Shown: positions 7,715 to 16,059 of the stretch, piece by piece
Layout of the letters: each line of letters begins with the position of its first letter
How positions within the stretch are numbered: the first letter of the stretch is position 1
IMG/VR virus record: IMGVR_UViG_3300035523_000135
Reading direction: 5' to 3' (one strand)
DNA from: a virus
Taxonomy: Duplodnaviria > Caudoviricetes
DNA length: 32,543 nucleotides
Position numbers and translations under genes: made by a program
The notes under the pieces: model-generated
Seen by the model: the letters and a program-made list of their open reading frames with translations, nothing else
Told to the model about the DNA's origin: nothing
The model's database searches: none

Positions 7715-8215
7715 TCAGCCGACCGGCACCCACTGCTCTTCGTTGTCCGTATTGAGCGCCTCGCGGATCGGTATAGCCTGCGCCCCGGTGATCGGTACGA
7801 TGGCCCATGTGCGCTGCGGGAGCTTTGGGTCGCCAGCCCACCGTCTACCGTTGACGATCTGTTGGGTCTCCCGAACCTGGGCCTGGGCCTGCGCTTTGGT
7901 CCTGTGGACCTGGTTTCCATCCAGGACCTGGGCCATACCGTCTTTGGGGCAGAACGTCACTACGTAGTACCGGCGCTCGGCGATATAGATCTCGTCGTTG
8001 TTACCGGGCACCTGCGCTACCAACTCCGTCAGGCCCCTTGCTATCGCCCTGGCCCTTTTGGCCTCTTTGGCTCTAGCCGCCTTGAGGGCCTCCGCCTTAT
8101 AGGCCTCGATCCGCGCCAACACCACCGGGTCGGTCTCCGCTTGCTTCCGTGGCACCACCGGCCGCGGCGTCAATCGGTCCTGTCTCTGTTCCATCGTCTC
8201 TGTCTGTGCTTTCAT
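7715..8215 (-). CDS. Hypothetical phage protein (166 aa), first gene of the leftward operon
   Basis: GAGGAG RBS; lies directly downstream of the promoter at 8290-8318. Confidence 0.75.
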   Translation of the reverse strand: MKAQTETMEQRQDRLTPRPVVPRKQAETDPVVLARIEAYKAEALKAARAKEAKRARAIARGLTELVAQVPGNNDEIYIAERRYYVVTFCPKDGMAQVLDGNQVHRTKAQAQAQVRETQQIVNGRRWAGDPKLPQRTWAIVPITGAQAIPIREALNTDNEEQWVPVG

Positions 8216-8289
8216 CCGTTTCTCTCCTCGTGTGCTCTAGTGGCCCCATGGCCGTTGTCAAGGTACATCCGGGCCTCAGCCCTACCTAT

Positions 8290-8318
8290 ATGATACCATG
8301 TATTTTCGGACCTGTCAA
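8290..8318 (-). promoter_or_regulatory. Strong sigma70 promoter (leftward early)
   Basis: Minus strand TTGACA-17 nt-TATCAT with extended TGn and an upstream A tract (UP-element-like). Confidence 0.85.
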
Positions 8319-8620
8319 GTCTTTTTTTACGGTATATTTTAGGTCCCTATACTAACCTTGTCGATTCACGTTATTACAATAGGGCAACTATTTTCAAAAA
8401 GATTGAGATTATTTTTCCGACGCTGTGACGGCCGCCATCCGAGCGTAGATCCGGCTGATGGCTGCGCCATCTAAGACTCCAGTAATCGGGGATTGCCTGC
8501 GGCGCCGGACAGCGCTACGCGCCAGACCTTGCCGGTCGAATGAGAGGGCGGGGCACCCAACCTCATCATCGGAGAGAGCCCGCGGAGAGAGGTCTTTGAG
8601 CCAGGATGACGGGCCATCCC

Positions 8621-8679
8621 GGGCGATCAATCACACCAGGCAACCCCGGGAACGCTCTGTATGGGGCAGCAAATGCCTC
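8621..8679 (+). repeat. 59-bp non-coding direct repeat, copy B
   Basis: 53/59 identical to 6950-7008; its last 16 nt recur at 8774-8789 (15/16). Confidence 0.9.
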
Positions 8680-8957
8680 TGTGCGGGGCCTGTCGGGGGC
8701 AGTTTGGGGGCCGTGAGCGTGCGCTGAGCGTGGATGGTAGTTCCATCGCAGACTCTGGCAATCCAAAAGGAAAGGGCAGCAAATGTCTCGTATTGAATCA
8801 TCGAATAATGATACATTAGATTTGGGAGCACTGCGAAAATTCTACACCTGATTCCTCAACTCATTACGACAGGGTAGTTGAGGGACTTACGCAGCTCATT
8901 CCTCATGTGCGGTCAGCCCGCCTCCCTTCCGGCAGGCTGACAGAACCGGAGATCACC

Positions 8958-9302
8958 ATGGCAAACCTAAAATCCAACGCCCGTCGAGCTCTCGACCTTA
9001 CGACCCTAGCGCTCCGCATCCAGACAGCCGTGGTGGCCCACAAATACGTGGACAAATCGACCGTTGAACAGGTTCTGAACGAGTACGCCGACTGCAACAT
9101 CGGTTTCGTTACCCGGACGATGAACTTGGTATCGGTCCTGTCCGGCCTCGCCAAAAACCCCTTCGGGATCTTCGCCTTCCTGAGCGGCGCCTACAAAGAC
9201 CCGTACGCTGACGAACGCGCATCCCTGCAAGATTTCTGCAAGAAATGGCTGAACGCATCCGGGCTTACGTTGACCGCCTACGAAACCGACCTCGTGAATT
9301 GA
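8958..9302 (+). CDS. Hypothetical helical protein (114 aa) upstream of the packaging genes
   Basis: ATG at 8958 with GGAG RBS; codon usage resembles the late genes; no motif recognised. Confidence 0.7.
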   Translation: MANLKSNARRALDLTTLALRIQTAVVAHKYVDKSTVEQVLNEYADCNIGFVTRTMNLVSVLSGLAKNPFGIFAFLSGAYKDPYADERASLQDFCKKWLNASGLTLTAYETDLVN

Positions 9303-9321
9303 GAGGGTTTGATTGCGGCGC

Positions 9322-9343
9322 AATAGGGTCAGCTGACCCTATT
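9322..9343. repeat. Dispersed palindrome, copy 2 (22-bp perfect), intergenic upstream of terS
   Basis: AATAGGGTCAGCTGACCCTATT. Confidence 0.95.
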
Positions 9344-9582
9344 TCGGAGTAATCCGCTCCAACCAGGCAACATGTAAAACAGTGGACCGCGGCGGCCTCG
9401 CCGTGTCACTGGCCACTGTCACTAGACACCAATCCTCCGGCCGTAGCTGGCCCCGAGGCCGCCCTCCACGACGAAATCATCATAATCCGCTTCTGGAATA
9501 TTACGCTCGATCGGATGAATGTCGACGTCGTACGTCACTGAGTCCGGAACGGCTACTCCTCTGCAACGTCAACCAAACCCCC

Positions 9583-9972
9583 ATGGCACGCACCACTAAG
9601 TACAACCAGGGCATCCAGGCCGCGATCTGCGACGCACTGCGCGCCGGAAACACCCGCCGCTGCGCCTGCGCCCTGGTCAAGATCGACTCCGCTACGTTTT
9701 ACATTTGGCTCAAAGACAAGCCCGCATTTTTCAGCGCCGTAGAAGAAGCCGAAGCTGAAGCCGAGCAACGATTTGTCGGTTGTGTCAAAGACGCCGGCAT
9801 TACCTCTTGGCAAGCCGCCGCCTGGTGGCTAGAGCGCCGACACCACTTGGACTGGCGCAAGCGAGAATCCCATGACGTCGACCTTACAACCCGATCAGAC
9901 GACGAACTTGCTGCGATTATCGCAGCAGCGCTGGGGAAGCCTGACAGCAACCCAGAAGCAAGCGGCAGCTGA
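9583..9972 (+). CDS. terS: Terminase small subunit-like protein
   Basis: MARTTKYN start, HTH (RRCACALVKIDSATFYIWL) and WQAAAWWLERR motif; immediately precedes terL. Confidence 0.8.
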   Translation: MARTTKYNQGIQAAICDALRAGNTRRCACALVKIDSATFYIWLKDKPAFFSAVEEAEAEAEQRFVGCVKDAGITSWQAAAWWLERRHHLDWRKRESHDVDLTTRSDDELAAIIAAALGKPDSNPEASGS

Positions 9973-11284
9973 GCTCGCGCGCCGTCACACGGCCCAGGAC
10001 AGGTATGACCCGTCCGCTGAATCCCCACTCAAGTGGCTTGAGCTCACGAAGCCCAAGATCTTCCATCCCACGGACGGATGGGTGACTTTCGAGCCCCGCT
10101 GGTATCAGTCCGACATCCTCGGAGCCTGGGATCACCCGCTCCGCATCATCCTGAAATCCCGGCAGATCGGCATCAGCCAGGTATGCGCCGCCGAGGCCGC
10201 CTGGAAAATGCTCTACCAGGGTCCGCGCCGCATCCTCAACGTCAGCCGCAACGTCGAACAGGCCACTGATTTTATCGCGTACGTCCGCGCGTTCATCCCG
10301 TCCGGCGAACTGGTTGAGGACAACAAGACCCGTCTGACACTGCGCAACGGCTCCAGCATCCGGGCTCAGGGCGACAGTCCCAGTGCCGGCCGCGGAACAC
10401 CAGCCTCCGACGTCTACCTCGACGAGTTCGCGTTCCCCCGGTGGGCCAACGAGATCTGGCAGGCCATCCAGCCGACCGTCTCCACAGGCGGCTCTCTCAC
10501 GGTCCTGAGCACGCCCTACGGGGCATCCGGCAAGTTTCACGATCTGTGGGGCGAGGCCATCGGGGAGGGCTCGGGATGGGCATCCTACAACCTCCCGTGG
10601 ACCGTGTTATTTGACGAAGCATGGGCCGCGAAGACCCGCAAACGCCTGAGCCGATCCGAGTTCGCATCCGAACACGACTGCTCATTTGAGGAATCCGGAG
10701 ACCGTATGTGGCGCCACAGCGATATCGACCGTTGCATGTTGCCCGAGGTCTCCGAGGGACCGCGTGAATCGCACAAATACCTGATCACCGCTGACATGGC
10801 CGGCATGGGTGTGGACAGCACCGTCATCCTCGTGGTCGATATCACTGCCAAACCTTACCGGATCGTGCACGTCCGCAAACTCGATCGAGCGAGCAACGAC
10901 ACGAAGATCCAGGCATTCCACGATCTCTCGGCTCTCTATGGGGCCAAAGACCTCCATTTGGACGCCACGGGCCAGTCGGCCCTCGACCTGATCGAAGAGG
11001 TCAACAAGGGCCTGAAATCCAAGGACCCCGATATCAAGCGGACCGCGCACTCATTCATTTTCTCGGCCAAAACGAAACCGGAAGCGCTCCAGCGGCTGAC
11101 GCGCCTGCTCGAACACGGGGAGGTCCAGTATGACGACCCACACATCCGGGAAGAGCTTCTGGCCTACAAACTCCCCGACACCGGCCTCAAAACCGACCAC
11201 GTAATGGCGCTCGCAATCGCGGCCCACATCCTCGAACGACCGACTGCACCAGCACGGGCGACCGTGATCAGAATGGGCGGATGA
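9872..11284 (+). CDS. terL: Terminase large subunit
   Basis: Walker A LKSRQIGIS, Walker B VYLDEFAF, motif III STP, RNase H-like nuclease ADMAGMGVDSTV ... DHVMALAIA. Confidence 0.93.
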   Translation: MTSTLQPDQTTNLLRLSQQRWGSLTATQKQAAAELARRHTAQDRYDPSAESPLKWLELTKPKIFHPTDGWVTFEPRWYQSDILGAWDHPLRIILKSRQIGISQVCAAEAAWKMLYQGPRRILNVSRNVEQATDFIAYVRAFIPSGELVEDNKTRLTLRNGSSIRAQGDSPSAGRGTPASDVYLDEFAFPRWANEIWQAIQPTVSTGGSLTVLSTPYGASGKFHDLWGEAIGEGSGWASYNLPWTVLFDEAWAAKTRKRLSRSEFASEHDCSFEESGDRMWRHSDIDRCMLPEVSEGPRESHKYLITADMAGMGVDSTVILVVDITAKPYRIVHVRKLDRASNDTKIQAFHDLSALYGAKDLHLDATGQSALDLIEEVNKGLKSKDPDIKRTAHSFIFSAKTKPEALQRLTRLLEHGEVQYDDPHIREELLAYKLPDTGLKTDHVMALAIAAHILERPTAPARATVIRMGG

Positions 11285-11287
11285 TAT

Positions 11288-12613
11288 ATGCAACCAAACC
11301 AACTATCAGCTATCGAGCTCAAATTCCCGGAGCTCGCCCAGCACAAATCTTCCAAATGCCTCGAAACGAAATCGGCCGACACGTTCCGACCGATCGGCGG
11401 CACCATGGGATCGTTGGCCTTCCACGACATGCGCCTCCCGGGCGGCACCCGCAACGTCTCGGTTGACGTCGGTGACGCCTACCTGAACGACGTCGTCAGC
11501 GCCTGCCTCGGATGGATCACCCGCTCCTACGGCGAGTGCCAGCCGCAAGTGGAGAAACTCAACGACCAGGGCAGTTACGAGGTTGTCCCCGATCATCCGC
11601 TGTCCAACATCCTCAGGCGCCCCAACCCCAACATGTCCGGCCGCCTCATGCGCCGTGCAATCGCATTCGACCTGGCGCTGCACGGCAACGCCTACCTCAA
11701 AATCGACCGCGACGCCTACAACCGCGCCCAGGGCCTGTCCTGGTTAAGCGCCAGCTACATTACCCCGTATGGTTCCAACGACCCTGCCCGGCCGATCGAC
11801 CGGTACTGTTACAGGCTGCGCGGCTACGCCGGAATGTCCGTCGGCCTCGCCGCGGAGTACCCGGCCGAGGACGTCGTCCATTTGCGGACAAGCGTTGACC
11901 CCGACATCCAGGCCATGGGCCTGGCGACGATCGCCAGTTGCTACCGCAGCGTCGACGTCGACAACCGGGTCTCGGTCTTGTACAGCGCCCTGATGCGCAA
12001 CATGGGCCTGATCCCGGTCATGTACTCGCCGGCCGAAGGGCAGCTCAGCGAGGAGCAGCAGGCGCAGCTCAGCTCGGATATCGCGCTCGGTTACACTGCG
12101 GACAACGCCGGCAACCCCATGGTGACCTCGGTTGCTCTGAACGTCGCTAAACTCGCACAGAGCCCGGACGAAATGGCCGTCGTGGAAATCCGCGAACAGG
12201 TCATCCGCCGGATCTGCGCCGCCATGGGTTTGGACGCCCTCGTCGTCGGCCTGGACGCTTCCAGCGCCACGTTCGCGAACAAGGAGACCGCGGAACGCAG
12301 CGCCTGGGACAATCGCATCCTGCCCGATCTCTACCTGCTCGGGGACGATTTCGAGACCCAGCTGTTACCGGCCTTCGAGCCCAAACCTCAACTGTACCGC
12401 ATCCACTGGGACACAACCGGAGTGAGAGCGCTGCAGGAGGGCCAGGACGCGATCTACAAGCGCGCCGACACTGGCTTCCGGGGCGGATGGATCGCCCTGA
12501 ATGAATCCCGAAACCTCGTCGGCCTGCCGCCGACCGGCCGCCCGGAAGACGACCTGCCGACCGGCAAACCCACCACTGCACCCCAATACCAACAGGGAGG
12601 CACCAATGCCTAA
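11288..12613 (+). CDS. Phage portal protein (HK97 family)
   Basis: HPLSNILRRPNPNMS, LHGNAY, EDVVHLR, ATFAN, LNESRNLVGLPP motifs; position after terL. Confidence 0.93.
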   Translation: MQPNQLSAIELKFPELAQHKSSKCLETKSADTFRPIGGTMGSLAFHDMRLPGGTRNVSVDVGDAYLNDVVSACLGWITRSYGECQPQVEKLNDQGSYEVVPDHPLSNILRRPNPNMSGRLMRRAIAFDLALHGNAYLKIDRDAYNRAQGLSWLSASYITPYGSNDPARPIDRYCYRLRGYAGMSVGLAAEYPAEDVVHLRTSVDPDIQAMGLATIASCYRSVDVDNRVSVLYSALMRNMGLIPVMYSPAEGQLSEEQQAQLSSDIALGYTADNAGNPMVTSVALNVAKLAQSPDEMAVVEIREQVIRRICAAMGLDALVVGLDASSATFANKETAERSAWDNRILPDLYLLGDDFETQLLPAFEPKPQLYRIHWDTTGVRALQEGQDAIYKRADTGFRGGWIALNESRNLVGLPPTGRPEDDLPTGKPTTAPQYQQGGTNA

Positions 12614-13208
12614 ACCCACACTGGAGTACAAAGAGTTCGAGATCGAACTCAAAGCGCTCAACGCAGACAACGGGGGATTCTCAGGCTACGCCAGCACGTT
12701 CGGAAACGTCGACCGGGTCGGCGACATTATGCTGACTGGCGCCTTCGCCGCGACCCTCGCAGCCTTCCTGACCGACGGCTCGATCTGCTGGAACCACGAA
12801 CAGGAAGACCAGATCGGCTACATCCTGGAAGCGCACGAGGACGAGGTCGGCCTCTGGATCGAAACCGCATATCACAGCACCGACGAAGCCCAGGAAAAAC
12901 GCACGATCGTCAATGAGCGTCTGGCGGCCGGCAAAACGGTCAAACTCAGCGTCGGCTACGTCGTTGAGGACTGCACTTACAACGCCGACGGCAACCGCCT
13001 GCTCAAACAGGTTGCGCTCTACGAGGTCTCCATCGTCACCATCCCCGCCAACAACGAGGCCGGTATCGTCGACGCCAAATCCCTCGAATCCGCAGCCGGA
13101 ACGGCCGCGCCCGAATCCGTTGAAGATCCCGACCTCGGCCGGAAAGCCCTGGCCCGGGAGATCCTCAACCGCTATCTCGACATCCGCTTGCGCCTCATTG
13201 GTGCATAG
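12606..13208 (+). CDS. Prohead maturation protease (HK97 family)
   Basis: FSGYASTFGNVDRVGD, WNH, LSVGY, LYEVSIVTIPAN motifs; ATG at 12606 with GGAGG RBS, overlapping the portal stop. Confidence 0.93.
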   Translation: MPKPTLEYKEFEIELKALNADNGGFSGYASTFGNVDRVGDIMLTGAFAATLAAFLTDGSICWNHEQEDQIGYILEAHEDEVGLWIETAYHSTDEAQEKRTIVNERLAAGKTVKLSVGYVVEDCTYNADGNRLLKQVALYEVSIVTIPANNEAGIVDAKSLESAAGTAAPESVEDPDLGRKALAREILNRYLDIRLRLIGA

Positions 13209-13323
13209 CGCCCTCTCCGACCGCCCCAGGTCGGCATCCGGGCCACACCGGCCCCACTACCCTGGCTCACCGCCAGCAAGCCCCGTCCCTCAACGAGGGA
13301 GTCCTGGGGCAAAGGACACATCC

Positions 13324-14520
13324 ATGAAAACCACTGCAGAGTACGCCGACGCGATTGAGGCCAAGCAGCTCGAGATCAAGGCCCACGCGCTCGAATCCCA
13401 GTCCGCCGAGACCCCCGACATGGCCAAACTGGATCAGCTGGACGCCGAACTCAAATCGTTGACCGACGGCCTCGCCGTTGCCAAGCGCCTCGAAGACGCC
13501 GCTGCCAAAGCCGACGCCTCTATCGCCGACCTGAAAAAAGTCACCAGCCCCGCGCCCGTCACTGTCCAGTCCGAGATCAAAAATCTTGGATCCGCCGTCG
13601 TGTCCAGCAAGGCGTTTCGCGCCCTGGCCGCGAAAGAGTCAGACCACGCCAGCATGACGATCGACCTTGACCTCAAAACGGCGTTTACGTCCAGCGCCGG
13701 AATGGCCCCGCAGATCACCCGCACCGGCGAGATCGTCGAGACGATCAACTACCCGTTGACCATAGTCGACGCCCTTGACCAGATCCCGGCCCTCCAGCCG
13801 ACAGTCAGGATTCAGCAGGAAACCCTGACGGCGACCGCCCAGGAAATCGCGGAGGCCGGCGGCTATCCGGAAGGCGCGATCAGTTTCGCTGACGTTGATT
13901 TCACAGTCCGCAAGATCGGTTCGATCCTCCCGATCTCCGACGAAGAGCTTGAGGACATCCCGGCTCTTGAGAACCTCATCAACAGCCGCATCGTCTTCGA
14001 CGTCATTTCCCGCCTGAACAACCAGCTGGTGAACGGCGCCGGGACCGGCACGCTCGTCAAGGGCATGTTGCACACGGACAACGTCAGCACCGCCAACTGC
14101 GGCACCGGCTCCCTCAACAAGACCGGCAGCCGCGCGATCTTCCTCGCGAAACAGAAACTGGCCGTCTCCGGCGCATGCGTCCCGAACGTGGTGATCATCA
14201 ACCCGGATGACTGGGGCAGCCTGGTGACCGAGGTCGCGTCCAGCTCCGGCGTCTACATGAACACCGCCGCCATCAGCACCGAACCAGACCGGATATGGGG
14301 GATGCGGGTCGTCCAGAGCGACAGGGTCGCCGTGGGAACGGTCATCCTGTTCGACTCCCGGTTCGTTCAGCTCCGTCCTCTGCGCGGGATCGACGTTCAG
14401 ATCGGCTACAACGGCACCGATTTCGGCACCGGTAAGAAGTCGATCCGCGCCGACATCCGCACTGCGTTCGTTGTGAAGCGGCCGCAGGCCATCCTCGTCC
14501 TCACGACGTTCTCCGCCTAA
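13324..14520 (+). CDS. Major capsid protein (HK97 fold with N-terminal coiled-coil delta domain)
   Basis: ATG at 13324 after AAGGA; AEAGGYPE, ISDEELED, LVNGAGTG, INPDDW, RIWGMRVVQS, VKRPQAI motifs. Confidence 0.93.
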   Translation: MKTTAEYADAIEAKQLEIKAHALESQSAETPDMAKLDQLDAELKSLTDGLAVAKRLEDAAAKADASIADLKKVTSPAPVTVQSEIKNLGSAVVSSKAFRALAAKESDHASMTIDLDLKTAFTSSAGMAPQITRTGEIVETINYPLTIVDALDQIPALQPTVRIQQETLTATAQEIAEAGGYPEGAISFADVDFTVRKIGSILPISDEELEDIPALENLINSRIVFDVISRLNNQLVNGAGTGTLVKGMLHTDNVSTANCGTGSLNKTGSRAIFLAKQKLAVSGACVPNVVIINPDDWGSLVTEVASSSGVYMNTAAISTEPDRIWGMRVVQSDRVAVGTVILFDSRFVQLRPLRGIDVQIGYNGTDFGTGKKSIRADIRTAFVVKRPQAILVLTTFSA

Positions 14521-14552
14521 ACCCCGCCGCCTGACCGGGTCGGTGCGGCCGT

Positions 14553-14568
14553 AGGGTCATATGACCCG
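14553..14568. repeat. Dispersed palindrome, copy 3 (central GC replaced by TA), inside a larger hairpin after the capsid gene
   Basis: AGGGTCATATGACCCG, enclosed by the 12-bp inverted repeat GCCTGACCGGGT (14529-14540) / ACCCGGTCAGGC (14582-14593). Confidence 0.75.
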
Positions 14569-14607
14569 ATTGTCCGGATCAACCCGGTCAGGCCCTGGAG
14601 ATCCCTG

Positions 14608-14778
14608 ATGGAAACCACCACAGACACTAAATCCCTGACCGTCGCCACCAAAGCGATCACGATCGACAAACCGATTACCGTCGCCAACAAAGTCATCAGG
14701 GTCTCCAACAATGCCCTTACGATCGGCAGACCGATCACGGTCGCCAACAAGGCTCTCAAGCCCGGGGAGGACAAATGA
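14608..14778 (+). CDS. Small internally repeated protein (56 aa), not in the ORF track
   Basis: METTTDTKSLTVATKAITIDKPITVANKVIRVSNNALTIGRPITVANKALKPGEDK*; GGAG RBS; stop overlaps the next ATG. Confidence 0.7.
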   Translation: METTTDTKSLTVATKAITIDKPITVANKVIRVSNNALTIGRPITVANKALKPGEDK

Positions 14779-15299
14779 TGAAACCGCTCCGCGACGGAGA
14801 GAAAGCGCTCCGAAAACTCCGGACCATGACCGCCGCGGACACTGCGCCCGTCCTGTCCGACGAAGAGATCCTGGATCTCTTTGATGAGTGTCGAATCGCG
14901 GACGTCTGGACGCCCGGTACGGTTGTCCGGCCCGGCCAGGTCATCGTCCCGACCGTCCCGACAGGATGGTCTTACAATGTAGCCCCCTGGCGCGACCGCG
15001 ACGGCGACGTCGGCGGGATCACAGGAACCACCGAACCCCGCTGGCCCCTCGATCCCCGTTGGCCATCCTGGGAGCCGACCGAGGTTACGGACGGGACCGT
15101 CCGCTTCGTGATCCACAAAGCTGAGATCATGGGCCTCTGGGACCTCCAGTCGGCCGCCCACAACGGCTGGATGCTCAAGGCTGCGAAAACCAGCTCCATG
15201 TACGCCGTCGGAACGGAGGCCGGCAACATGCACCCCGAACAGGTCCATGCGCAGTGCCTCGCCATGGCCAGGACCTTTTCCCCGCTGAGGATATCCTGA
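14775..15299 (+). CDS. Head-tail adaptor with an inserted small beta module
   Basis: Helical frame PVLSDEEILDL...WDLQSAAHNGWMLKAA...HAQCLAMA, interrupted by WTPGTVVRPGQVIVP...GTTEPRWP...VTDGTVRF; position after capsid. Confidence 0.65.
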   Translation: MMKPLRDGEKALRKLRTMTAADTAPVLSDEEILDLFDECRIADVWTPGTVVRPGQVIVPTVPTGWSYNVAPWRDRDGDVGGITGTTEPRWPLDPRWPSWEPTEVTDGTVRFVIHKAEIMGLWDLQSAAHNGWMLKAAKTSSMYAVGTEAGNMHPEQVHAQCLAMARTFSPLRIS

Positions 15300-15640
15300 T
15301 GGTCGTAACACCCCCGCTCGACATTATCCGCAACGGCTACGCCCTGCTCGTTGAGCTTAGCGGCGTCACCGCCGTCGGCACGGCCAACGAGGGCACGGTC
15401 AAGGGCCTCATCACCCCGGACAAGAGCGACCCGCACGGGATCGACGCCGAGGGCGACACGAACTGGATGCTGCCTAACCGATTCCATTTCCTCGCGATCG
15501 ACCCGGGTGGAGTACTCCAGGAAACCCATACCTACACCATTCGAGGCAACTCGTATACCTGCGTCGACGTCGACCCGTCGCTCTCATCGGACCAGGTTGC
15601 CTGCGTAAGGGCCGTCCTGACCATGTACGGCCGGGAGTGA
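15299..15640 (+). CDS. Putative head closure / neck protein
   Basis: TGATG coupling; beta-rich 113 aa (TYTIRGNSYTCVDV); gene order. Confidence 0.55.
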   Translation: MVVTPPLDIIRNGYALLVELSGVTAVGTANEGTVKGLITPDKSDPHGIDAEGDTNWMLPNRFHFLAIDPGGVLQETHTYTIRGNSYTCVDVDPSLSSDQVACVRAVLTMYGRE

Positions 15641-16059
15641 CCATGATCACGTGCGAGTTTTCCTGTCCGTGGCTCGAATGGATCCAGCACCCAGACCTGC
15701 CCACCGATGTACTTCAGCGGGCCGGCGAAAGCATCCTCGACGCCATGCGCAAAGAAATTCAGGGCGGCGGCCTGACCCCGTTGGCGCCGTCCACGTTGGA
15801 CCAGAAAGCCCGGCACGGCGGCTCCACGACCCCACTGGCCGCCCTGCTCGACTCGTTGACGCGCGGCGGCCGTGACAACGTCCTCCAGACGTCCGGCTGG
15901 TCGGTTGAGGCAGGGTCAGCTGACCCTGTCGCCGTCTACCACATACGGGGCACGCGCCGGATGCCGCGCCGCGATTTTACCGCGATCGACATGCAGGCCA
16001 TCCTCAACGACGCCGCCAACCGAGCGCTCGACTATTTCATCCAGGGAGGCCCCGCATGA
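15637..16059 (+). CDS. Phage virion morphogenesis / tail completion protein (Mu gpG-like)
   Basis: PLAPSTLDQK and AVYHIRGTRRMPRRDF motifs. Confidence 0.75.
   Translation: MTMITCEFSCPWLEWIQHPDLPTDVLQRAGESILDAMRKEIQGGGLTPLAPSTLDQKARHGGSTTPLAALLDSLTRGGRDNVLQTSGWSVEAGSADPVAVYHIRGTRRMPRRDFTAIDMQAILNDAANRALDYFIQGGPA
15911..15928. repeat. Dispersed palindrome, copy 4 (18-bp perfect), inside CDS
   Basis: CAGGGTCAGCTGACCCTG, encoding GSADP. Confidence 0.95.

Noticed and set aside
6950-8679. 59-bp repeat pair as a DGR template/variable repeat
   Set aside because: The six mismatches (T/C, G/A, G/C, G/C, G/T, C/T) are not adenine-specific on either strand, neither copy is in a credible gene, and no reverse transcriptase is present.
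9344-9582. tRNA-like gene or defined cos/pac site upstream of terS
   Set aside because: Only short hairpins; no cloverleaf or T-loop consensus. A packaging site is plausible by position but cannot be supported from the sequence.
12913-13323. Long N-terminal extension of the capsid ORF (also 9382, 12501, 23272 and 27037 starts)
   Set aside because: These ORF-track starts overlap upstream genes or structured gaps and give low-complexity sequence; RBS-supported or motif-supported starts are 13324, 9583, 12606, 23347 and 27532.
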